From: an uncultured Gammaproteobacteria bacterium
GTDB taxonomy: Bacteria; Patescibacteriota; Microgenomatia; Levybacterales; GWA1-39-11
Direction of reading: 5' to 3'
Length of the DNA stretch: 64,000 nt
Assembly (NCBI GenBank): GCA_964425075.1
Contig: CAYRKM010000001.1
Location: 601,827 to 665,826, forward strand
Positions 10,191 to 18,832 of the stretch are shown here, in pieces. The position numbers and the translations under genes were made by a program. The stretch's first letter is position 1. Every line of letters starts with the position of its first letter. The notes beneath the pieces were generated by a model, which was not told the origin of the DNA, did no database searches, and saw only the letters and a program-made list of their open reading frames with translations.

Positions 10191-10769
10191 ATGAAACAAT
10201 TTGCAAATATTCTGACTTTTTTAATTCATCCCGCTGTTCTTTCCCTTCCTGCGGTTTTTCTAATTGTTTTTCACGAAGTTGGTAGTTTTAATGAGGCATT
10301 GCTTTGGATGATAGTTACGTTAATTGCAGTAGGAATAATTGGAGCATATGTTTTATTTGGGGTAAAAAGGGGCTTTTTTAATAATGTCGATGTTTCAAAT
10401 AGGAAGCAAAGAGTTTTGCTTTACCCATTTGTAGCTGGTGTAGTAATTTTTTTTGTAGGATGTGTTTATTTGCTTAAAGGTCCACCTGTGTTAATTTTTG
10501 GTGGATTTTTTTTGGTAATTTCTTTGCTTGTCTTTGATGCTATAAACACAAAAATAAAAGCAAGTGTTCATGTTGCTTCAATTACCTCTTTAAGCATTAT
10601 CCTAATTTCTCTATATGGTGGTTGGTCATATTTGGCATTACTTTTTGTTCCAATAGTTGCATGGGCTAGAGTAGTTGAGAGGAGACATACATTAAAAGAG
10701 ACAATCGCTGGAGGGGTAAGTGGCGCGATTTTAACAATTATTACGCTTATTGTTATACAATATCTTTAG
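10191..10769 (+). CDS. Integral membrane protein, possible PAP2-like phosphatase
   Basis: 5-6 TM helices; weak PAP2-like K...H...R...H pattern; adjacent to dgkA. Confidence 0.35.
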   Translation: MKQFANILTFLIHPAVLSLPAVFLIVFHEVGSFNEALLWMIVTLIAVGIIGAYVLFGVKRGFFNNVDVSNRKQRVLLYPFVAGVVIFFVGCVYLLKGPPVLIFGGFFLVISLLVFDAINTKIKASVHVASITSLSIILISLYGGWSYLALLFVPIVAWARVVERRHTLKETIAGGVSGAILTIITLIVIQYL

Positions 10770-10775
10770 ACAACT

Positions 10776-11141
10776 ATGTTAAACCCGAAAACATTTTATC
10801 GTTCATTTGGTTATGCCCTAGAAGGATTAAAACTTGCGGTAACACTTGACCAGAATGTTAGGATACATTTAGTTCTTGCTTTGCTCGTAATTCTTCTCTC
10901 AATCTATTTTCAGATATCAAAGTTTGAATTTTTGTTTGTAATTTTTTCAATTTTCTTTGTAATCATTACGGAGCTTGTAAACACAGCAATTGAGGAGATG
11001 ACAAATTTAATAGTTAATGAGCATAGAAGAGAGGCAAAAATTGCAAAGGACGTTGCAGCTGCCTCAGTCCTTCTTGCTGCTATATTTGCTTTAACTGTGG
11101 GAGTTGTTATATTTCTTCCCCGAATTTTAGAATTATTTTGA
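10776..11141 (+). CDS. dgkA: Diacylglycerol kinase / undecaprenol kinase (DgkA family)
   Basis: 121 aa, three TM helices, conserved ITELVNTAIEE motif of prokaryotic DAGK. Confidence 0.75.
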   Translation: MLNPKTFYRSFGYALEGLKLAVTLDQNVRIHLVLALLVILLSIYFQISKFEFLFVIFSIFFVIITELVNTAIEEMTNLIVNEHRREAKIAKDVAAASVLLAAIFALTVGVVIFLPRILELF

Positions 11142-11233
11142 GAGTGAATAACTCGCAACTCATTGCGAGGATGAGAGCGAGAAACAAACTTTTCTTAAAG
11201 AATTTTCTAGCTTTTAAGCCAGAGTAGTTTATT

Positions 11234-11506
11234 CTAATTTTTCTCCCGAGTTTCTGAATGCCCGTGGGTAAGTGCCAAAATTTCAGACAATTTTTTTACA
11301 AATTTTTGCGCATGAACCCTGCTCATTCCAATTCTCGCAACAACTTGAATTTGATCAGAGCTTCCAACTTTTTGGCAAACATCAAAAGTTACTCCATCAT
11401 CATTTACATTCATGAAAATTGTATCAGTGTACATGATGGGAGTAGTTTCTGAATTTAATTTTATTTGGAATTTTCTTGCTGGTTTGTCTGCCATATTATT
11501 CACCAC
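11234..11506 (-). CDS. DUF3467-like small protein
   Basis: ~90 aa with IMYTDTIFMNVNDDGVTFDV...ARIGMSRVHAQKF pattern reminiscent of DUF3467. Confidence 0.45.
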   Translation of the reverse strand: MVNNMADKPARKFQIKLNSETTPIMYTDTIFMNVNDDGVTFDVCQKVGSSDQIQVVARIGMSRVHAQKFVKKLSEILALTHGHSETREKN

Positions 11507-11830
11507 CTATCGAATTCGAAGGCCTGGCTCTACTTCTTTCTCTGGAGTTAAGAGAGAAATATTTTCTATGTCGTCTCCAGCGGCAAGTATCATTCCTTGA
11601 CTTTCAAGTCCCATCATCATTCTTGGTTCTAAATTTACAATTGCTACAATTTCCTTTCCGACCATTTCCTCGGGTGTATATGATTTTCCAATACCTGCAA
11701 GAATTTGTCTCTCTTCCTCACCCGCATTAACTGTTAGTCTCAATAGCTTATCAGAACCTTCAATTCTTTCAGCAGTCAAAACTTTTACAATTCTAATATC
11801 GCATTTTGCAAAATCATCAATTGAAATCAT
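11507..11830 (-). CDS. tRNA-binding protein (CsaA/Trbp111, EMAP-like OB domain)
   Basis: DIRIVKVLTAERIEGSDKLLRLTVNAGEE...LEPRMMMGLESQGMILAA matches tRNA_bind domain. Confidence 0.8.
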   Translation of the reverse strand: MISIDDFAKCDIRIVKVLTAERIEGSDKLLRLTVNAGEEERQILAGIGKSYTPEEMVGKEIVAIVNLEPRMMMGLESQGMILAAGDDIENISLLTPEKEVEPGLRIR

Positions 11831-11852
11831 AGGTAGATTATATACTATAAAC

Positions 11853-13283
11853 TTACTCTTTTACATAAACCTCATAATCCCCAAAGGAGGTAAAGTATGA
11901 ATAATATTGCCTTATATAAAAAATAATTTTTTCGTTTCTACCTTTTTGGATAAGCACTATTGGAACTTTTTTCTTTGATAAATTAAGAATCACGTTATAC
12001 TCATATGTTTTTTCATCAAAATCATAAGTTAGATAATTATGTTCAGTTGCTTCAATTCTATTCGAAATGAAATAAAACATAGGAGCGTAAGCATTTATAA
12101 ATAAATAGTCATTTGTTTTTGAGTTACTGTTGGTAATTTCAAGGAAATTTGAAAAGTCGTTATTTGTCTTTTCATTTACAAAAACAAATACTCTTGGATT
12201 ACTATAAAAATAATTATGTTTTATCAAAGGGTCTTCCCATCGATAGTATCCTTTAAATAAAGCAGTTTGAAATCCTAACGCTATCAAACCAGCTAGTCCT
12301 AAAATTATCAAAATTCTCAATGTCGAATATGTATTTAGTCGCAAAAATAGAACGGATGGAATTCCAACAAGCGAAAGAAGAGGGACAAGATGGAGATAAT
12401 CTGTTGTAGGACGAATTCCAAGAATATAAAAAAGGATTACAAATACTGTAAGGTGCAGGAGGTGGTAGCGTTTTCTGATAAAAATAATAATTAAGGCAGA
12501 TAAAGAAATAATAAATGGAGATAGATAAAGTAGGGTTCTTAAAAACGATTTTGTTAAAGTATCATAATAAATAAATGAAGTATTTAGATCCTTTTGAAAA
12601 ATAATTCTTTCAAGAGTAAATTTGTGCATGTCATAAACAAAATAAGCAAAGGAATTAGTTGTGAGTAAATATATGCAAAACAATATCAAGCTCCAGAAAA
12701 AACCATAGAGAAAAGAGAGAATAGAGGAAATTTTATGTGTTTGTTCTACAAATATAAAAAAGATAATTACGGCTCCAATGCCGGCAACTCCAAAATTCTG
12801 CTTGAAAAGAAATAATAAGAATGCCGAAACTCCTGCAAAGAACAAATATCTTTCAAGTTTTGTTTCAAAAAATTTAAGAAGAAGATAGCAAAGCGCAATA
12901 CCTAATGGAATACAAAACATAACCGGCCACGAAAAGTTAATATGAGTAGGTCCCCAAGCAACATAAACTAAAACAGATAGTATGGCATAGAGTTTATTTT
13001 TTGTTGAAAGAAAAACTGTTTTATAAATAAGAAAGGAAGATAGAAGAGAAACTCCAATCATTAAAATCCTAGTTGATAGAATACTTGGAGAAAAAAGGAA
13101 AAAAGAAAGCGAGGTTATAAAAATACTTCCTGGTGTATAAACGAAGTGAAAGTCTTTGTATGGAATTTCTCCATGTAAAAATCTAAGTGCGGATTGGAGG
13201 ATGTAGCCCTCATCATGCATCACAACGCCACGGGTATGAAAGAAAATAAGAATAAGAAGAATTAAAAAAATAAGAACCCTCAT
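11853..13283 (-). CDS. GT-C fold glycosyltransferase (family 39 / ArnT-PMT-like) integral membrane protein
   Basis: ~12 TM helices, N-terminal HDEGY...YKDFHFVYTPG loop typical of PMT_2/ArnT-like enzymes. Confidence 0.45.
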   Translation of the reverse strand: MRVLIFLILLILIFFHTRGVVMHDEGYILQSALRFLHGEIPYKDFHFVYTPGSIFITSLSFFLFSPSILSTRILMIGVSLLSSFLIYKTVFLSTKNKLYAILSVLVYVAWGPTHINFSWPVMFCIPLGIALCYLLLKFFETKLERYLFFAGVSAFLLFLFKQNFGVAGIGAVIIFFIFVEQTHKISSILSFLYGFFWSLILFCIYLLTTNSFAYFVYDMHKFTLERIIFQKDLNTSFIYYDTLTKSFLRTLLYLSPFIISLSALIIIFIRKRYHLLHLTVFVILFYILGIRPTTDYLHLVPLLSLVGIPSVLFLRLNTYSTLRILIILGLAGLIALGFQTALFKGYYRWEDPLIKHNYFYSNPRVFVFVNEKTNNDFSNFLEITNSNSKTNDYLFINAYAPMFYFISNRIEATEHNYLTYDFDEKTYEYNVILNLSKKKVPIVLIQKGRNEKIIFYIRQYYSYFTSFGDYEVYVKE

Positions 13284-13360
13284 GTATTAAGGGCAGTAGA
13301 GAATTTTTATTATACTATATGTGGAGCAAAGTTTTCTTCAGCTTTTTCGTGGGAGATTAT

Positions 13361-14557
13361 CTATTTTGCGTTATTTCTTTCGTTGTGAATAAAAGTAAGA
13401 TAGGGTCTTCCTACAAAAAATATAGCAGCAGTTACAATCCCTGACAAAACAAATGGGAGGCTTAAGTTAATAGAACCTAGTGCTCCACCAAGTAAAGGTC
13501 CAAAAATCATACCCATAGATCCAATGCTTTGTGTAACCCCTAAGACTATGCCTTGTTCTTCCTGCTTTGATTCAAGTGAAATGAGGGCTTGAGTGTTAAT
13601 CATAATAAGACTAACTGCAAAGGGAGTGGTCGCCCCAACAATTATCATTAGCCATTGGAATGGAGAAAGACCCATTATAAGAATTGAAATGCAGAATGTA
13701 AAAAGTCCAATTTTTATCAAATCAATTTCACTAAACTTTTTAAGTAGGAGTCTAACTAAAAACATTTGGGTGATAAAGGAGCTCATCCCGATAAGCCCAA
13801 AAAACATACCGTTTTGAGCTTGGGTCCAACCAAATTTTTGACTTCCAAGAAGCGAAAATACTCCGACAATAAGTGACAGCGAGAAATTAACGAAAAAGAA
13901 AAGTAAAAGAAGAAAGCCTATGTTCTTTGGTCTCATTACTTCCCTTGTAACCTTCCAGTTGAAAAGTTGGATTTTTATATTTTTTTGCAATGCTTTGTTA
14001 GATTCAGGAAGAATGAAGAAGATAAGTATTGCGTTAATAAGAGATAGTGCAGCCGGAATTGCAAATGCTGCAGAAATAGAAAACATCTCAGAAACAATTC
14101 CACCAAGCAATGGGCCCACAACAAACCCCAAACCAAAAACTGCCCCCATTGTTCCAAGGGTTCTAGTGCGTTCATGCGCGGTTGAGGAATCTGCAATATA
14201 AGCTTGCGCAACAGAGATATTGGCGCTTCCTATTCCAGCAAGCATACGAGCAACAAAAAGTACCCATATCTGCGGAAATAGAAAAATCAGAAAATAAGAA
14301 ATTGAATTTAAAATTGAACTAAGTATCAAAACTGGTCTACGACCATATTTATCTGAAAATCTTCCCAAAATTGGCGCAAAGATGAATTGAAATAAGGAAA
14401 AGGAAGCAATAATTGTCCCAACCAGGAATGTGTTTCCTCCAGATTCGGTTACCAAAGTTGGGAGAATTGGAATCACAATCCCAAACCCAATCATGTCTAT
14501 AAAAACTACAAGCAGAAGTGTTAAGATTTTTTTACTCATGACTATTAATTGTAGCAT
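13361..14557 (-). CDS. MFS transporter
   Basis: 12 TM helices; GRFSDKYGRRPVL signature motif A of major facilitator superfamily. Confidence 0.8.
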   Translation of the reverse strand: MLQLIVMSKKILTLLLVVFIDMIGFGIVIPILPTLVTESGGNTFLVGTIIASFSLFQFIFAPILGRFSDKYGRRPVLILSSILNSISYFLIFLFPQIWVLFVARMLAGIGSANISVAQAYIADSSTAHERTRTLGTMGAVFGLGFVVGPLLGGIVSEMFSISAAFAIPAALSLINAILIFFILPESNKALQKNIKIQLFNWKVTREVMRPKNIGFLLLLFFFVNFSLSLIVGVFSLLGSQKFGWTQAQNGMFFGLIGMSSFITQMFLVRLLLKKFSEIDLIKIGLFTFCISILIMGLSPFQWLMIIVGATTPFAVSLIMINTQALISLESKQEEQGIVLGVTQSIGSMGMIFGPLLGGALGSINLSLPFVLSGIVTAAIFFVGRPYLTFIHNERNNAK

Positions 14558-14744
14558 GAATTTTTATGACTATGACTATTATTTGCTCTTCAAGAAAACC
14601 CCGTCTTTAATAAAGACGGGGATGAATTGAAGAAAGAAAACATCTTTCCTTAGGGAATACCCCAAGTTTTAACTTGGGGAAGATGTTATTTTTATCTTTT
14701 AAGATTAGGGATATAATGTGTTCATTGAATAAGAGCTTGTAAAA

Positions 14745-16550
14745 ATGAAATCATTAAAAGCAGTAGCACAACTAGAACGCTTGGTATGGGCAGATGTATT
14801 AAGAGTAGTAGCAATTTATTTGGTACTTGTAGTTCATGCTTCCACAATGCCCTCATCAGCCTTTCCATTAAGTAATTCTTGGCCATACATAATTTCCTTT
14901 TCAATTGCAAAAATATGCGTGCCACTTTTTGTGATGTTAAGTGGCGCACTTCTTTTGGAAAAAAAGGAAACTTATAAAATGTTTTTCAAAAAAAGAATTT
15001 TAAAAGTGCTAACCCCTTGGATTGTTTGGACAGCGATTTATATGGGAATTAATTACTACACTAGAGATTTTCAACCACAAACTTTTTCTGAATGGAAATA
15101 TTATTTTACGCTGACTTTCTTTACTGAATTGTGGTTCCTACCTCTTATTTTTTCCATTTATTTATTAACTCCTATTATAAGACTTACCATTCCGTTATTA
15201 AAAAAAACTGACAAGATTTACATCATAATTTTGTGGTTTGTGTGGGTGTCGATTTTACCTTTCTTCAATTCAAGTCCCGCTTTTCCAAAACCATTCAACT
15301 CAGGACTTCTTTCATTGGCCGTATATTTTTCCGGGTACTTTCTTTTGGGCCATTTTTTAACAAAAATTAAGTATCCCAAGAATACTTTATGGTTCTCAAG
15401 TGTACTAATTATATTAGGCATACTAATTAATTTTGTTTCACTCTTTTTAGTTAATGAAAACGAATTAGTTCAATACCAAAGTTCTATTTTTGACTATATA
15501 GCACCTGATGAGTGGGGTTCAAACTCAATTGTTATTTCAAAATATGGAGCCAGAATAACCGTCGCATCAACTGAACAAAGCATAAGAGGATTAAGACACG
15601 GTGAGTATCGCCCAGACTTAGTCATATGTGATGATGTGGAAGATTTGAATAGTGTTAAAACACGAGAAGGTAGAGATAAAACATTTCAATGGTTAGTAGG
15701 AGAAGTTTTGCCAATTGGAGATCAGGGGACAAAGATTGTCATTGTAGGAAACCTACTACATGAAGATAGTCTCTTAATGAGATTGAAACAAGGAATCGAA
15801 AACCAAAAGTTAAATGGTAAGTTTTTTGCTTATCCACTCTTAGGCAAGGATAATGAAATTGCATGGAAGGATAAATTTCCTTCTCAAATCGATGTTGAGA
15901 AATTGCGCTCAAGTATAGGAACTGATTCAGCATGGTATAGAGAGTACCTTCTTCGAATCATCTCTGATGCAGAACGACTAGTCCATCCTGAGTGGATTGC
16001 CTATTACGATAAATCGCCTTCTGAAAGAGCTAATGGATTTAGATTTATTGCAACAGGTGTTGATCTTGCTATATCGCAAAAGGACTCAGCCGATTTCACA
16101 GCAATGGTGTCTGCAAAAATATTCGGACAGAAAGATGATCTAAGAGTTTATATCTTACCTTTCCCAATTAACAAAAGACTTAGTTTTCCAGAAACTTTTG
16201 AACAAGCAAAGAATCTTTCTGAAAATTTAGGAAATGGTCTTTACACAATGCTCTATATTGAAGATGTTGGGTATCAACAATCTTTAATCCAACACTTACA
16301 GGGGAATAATATTCCTGCAGTTGGAGTAAAGGTGTCAGGACAAGACAAAAGAGCAAGGCTTGCTTTAATAACCCATCTTATAAAACAAGGTAAAATACTT
16401 TTCCCGAAAAAAGGAGCAGAAGAATTAATACAACAGCTTACAGGTTTTAGCATTGAGAAGCATGACGATTTGGCAGATGCATTTTCCCTTCTAATTCTCA
16501 AGATTCAGGAGATGGATAATAAGCCTACATTCGATTACAGTTTTATCTAG
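14745..16550 (+). pseudogene. Chimeric ORF: acyltransferase-3 family membrane protein N-terminus (aa 1-~246) fused in frame to C-terminal ~355 aa of a phage terminase large subunit (lacks ATPase Walker A)
   Basis: N-terminus has Acyl_transf_3 pattern (LRVVAIYLVLVVHA, VPLFVMLSGALLL); from ~15483 the protein is ~85% identical by eye to residues ~132-490 of TerL at 29787..31313. Confidence 0.6.
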
Positions 16551-16551
16551 G

Positions 16552-16767
16552 CTAAAACAAATCAGACATATTAACCCTCAAAGCTTTAGCCAGCTTTGTC
16601 ATCACCTTAAGCGATGGTGATTTTCTTCCTTGCTCGATGTGACCCATGTGAGTCCTGCTGATATGAATTTTCTCGGCCAACTCTTCTTGAGATAAGCCCA
16701 TATTTTTTCTGAGCTTCTGAATCCTTTTACCCAGCCTTTCTTTTGTTTGTTTTTGACCTAAAATCAT
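16552..16767 (-). CDS. XRE-family HTH transcriptional regulator
   Basis: LRKNMGLSQEELAEKIHISRTHMGHIEQGRKSPSLKVMTKLAKAL helix-turn-helix. Confidence 0.8.
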   Translation of the reverse strand: MILGQKQTKERLGKRIQKLRKNMGLSQEELAEKIHISRTHMGHIEQGRKSPSLKVMTKLAKALRVNMSDLF

Positions 16768-16885
16768 AAGTTAATTTTGATAGCTATAAGCAATCAACTC
16801 TACTAGCTTAAAGCGAGCAATTAGCTTCAAATACTGCTTGCTTTTATGTTCACTTTCGCTTATCATTCAAATTAGAGGAATAAAT

Positions 16886-17386
16886 ATGGCATTATCTGAA
16901 GAACAGAAAATCAAAATTAAAGAAGAAGAGAAAAAGAAGCTTGAGGAAGAGAAATATAGAGAGAATGTAAAGAAAAATCTTAAAAAGGGACCTTGGTGGA
17001 AACCTAGGGGAGTATTAGCGTGGGTCGCAGTAGTCTTTATAATTGGATGGATTATTTATGCTGTATCTACCAACTCTTCTACAAGTACACCTCCTAAAGA
17101 TACAACTAATCTAGATGGAAATGTTTCCTATAATGATTTGCAATTCAAGGTAAGTAATACCGAACAAAAAGATTGGGAATATTGCCACTTTACTCTAAAT
17201 AATGATTATCATTATCCGGGAAGCTCTTTTAGCGATAAAGCTGGGCCAATTAAGGCTGGTGAAACTGTGTTTATTAATGCGTCAAATTTTGCAAAAAGCG
17301 ATGGTACGAGATTTAATCCCTATTCGGTAAAGCCACAGGCTATAAATGTAGATTGCAACGGAAGATTCGGCTACTGGAAATGGTAA
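16886..17386 (+). CDS. Membrane-anchored DUF4352-like protein with Lys/Glu-rich N-terminal coiled coil
   Basis: KKGPWWK then TM helix then beta-rich extracellular domain; positional equivalent of DUF4352 gene at 31663. Confidence 0.4.
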   Translation: MALSEEQKIKIKEEEKKKLEEEKYRENVKKNLKKGPWWKPRGVLAWVAVVFIIGWIIYAVSTNSSTSTPPKDTTNLDGNVSYNDLQFKVSNTEQKDWEYCHFTLNNDYHYPGSSFSDKAGPIKAGETVFINASNFAKSDGTRFNPYSVKPQAINVDCNGRFGYWKW

Positions 17387-17456
17387 ACCTCAAGCTATCC
17401 TTATAAGATTCTCCTACTAGACTTCACAAAACACCTGCGGTACCTTGTGTCCTGAG

Positions 17457-18797
17457 ATGGATAACAGTAACGTATTAGCAAGAGCACCTATAGTTTCATT
17501 ACCTACAACTGAATACTGTCTTTATGCCAGAAAATCGACAGAAGATGACGAAAGACAAGCTATGTCAATCGATTCTCAAATTAAGGAGATGAATGATATG
17601 GCTATACGAGACGGTCTGTTTATCAAAGAAATCCGCCAAGAGAAACATTCGGCTAAAATGTCTGGACAAAGGCCAGTATTTGCAAAATTAATTGAAGATA
17701 TTCGAATTGGAATGTTTACAGGCATTTTGACATGGGCGCCAGATAGATTAAGTAGAAACGCAGGCGACTTAGGGATGTTGGTAGATCTTATGGATCAGGG
17801 AAGCTTACATCACATAAAAACCTTTTCTCAAAGTTTTTCTAATAATCCGAATGAGAAATTTTTACTTATGATCCTATGTTCTCAGGCGAAATTAGAAAAT
17901 GATCAAAAAGGAATAAATGTTAAAAGAGGAATTCGTGCAAAATGTTCAATGGGCTGGCGTCCAGGGATGCCGCCCATCGGTTATTACAATAGAGCTTTTA
18001 ATGGAGTGAAAGATATAATTGTAGATCCTGATAGAGGCCCAATAATCAGAGAAATGTTTGATCGAGTAGCAAAAAATGGAGATAGTGGTAAGACTTTAAA
18101 GAAGTGGCTAGACACTTGCTTAACCACTAGAGCTGGAAAGAAAGTGACACTAAGCCAGATTTATATGATGCTTAAAAATCCTTTTTACTACGGGGAATTT
18201 GAATATCCTATAAACAGCGGCAATAGATATAAAGGAGCTCATCCACCTTTAATATCTAAGGAAATATTTGATGAGGTACAAAATCAACTAACTGCACCCA
18301 AGAGAGGCTGGGGATTTAAAACATTTGCCTTTAAAGATTTATTTAAATGTGGGAATTGTGGGTCAAGTGTAATTGGAGAAGAAAGGTGGAGAAAGAGAAA
18401 AGCAAGACCCCCAGTTCATCACGTCTATTATCATTGTACGCGGCAGAAAAATTGGGATTGTAAAGAACCGTATCTAACGGAGGAAAAATTAATAAAAGAA
18501 TTACTACGATATATCAATTTTAACGTTATTGCCCATCCACAAACTATAAATATTACTCCGGAGCTAAAAAGATATATGAATGAATACGAAAAAGCTAGAG
18601 AAATAACCCTCCTCCAGCAAGATATTGATCCAGACCACATCCAGTTTGGAATCTATGAATATTCTCAATATGCACTTAAGAACGGCTCAATTGAGGAGAA
18701 AAGAGAAGTAATAACTTCAATAAAAACACAGCTGTATATTCACAATCAGTTTATTAGTTCATTATCTAAAGTAAATGATGCACTAGTATCTAGTTGA
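17457..18797 (+). CDS. Large serine recombinase (resolvase catalytic domain + recombinase domain + zinc ribbon)
   Basis: YARKSTEDDERQ nucleophile-serine motif, recombinase domain, CGNCGS...YYHCTRQ zinc ribbon; ~80% identical by eye to paralog at 47374. Confidence 0.85.
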   Translation: MDNSNVLARAPIVSLPTTEYCLYARKSTEDDERQAMSIDSQIKEMNDMAIRDGLFIKEIRQEKHSAKMSGQRPVFAKLIEDIRIGMFTGILTWAPDRLSRNAGDLGMLVDLMDQGSLHHIKTFSQSFSNNPNEKFLLMILCSQAKLENDQKGINVKRGIRAKCSMGWRPGMPPIGYYNRAFNGVKDIIVDPDRGPIIREMFDRVAKNGDSGKTLKKWLDTCLTTRAGKKVTLSQIYMMLKNPFYYGEFEYPINSGNRYKGAHPPLISKEIFDEVQNQLTAPKRGWGFKTFAFKDLFKCGNCGSSVIGEERWRKRKARPPVHHVYYHCTRQKNWDCKEPYLTEEKLIKELLRYINFNVIAHPQTINITPELKRYMNEYEKAREITLLQQDIDPDHIQFGIYEYSQYALKNGSIEEKREVITSIKTQLYIHNQFISSLSKVNDALVSS

Positions 18798-18832
18798 TTT
18801 TGTTAGTGGATATCATGTTATGATAGTTACAT

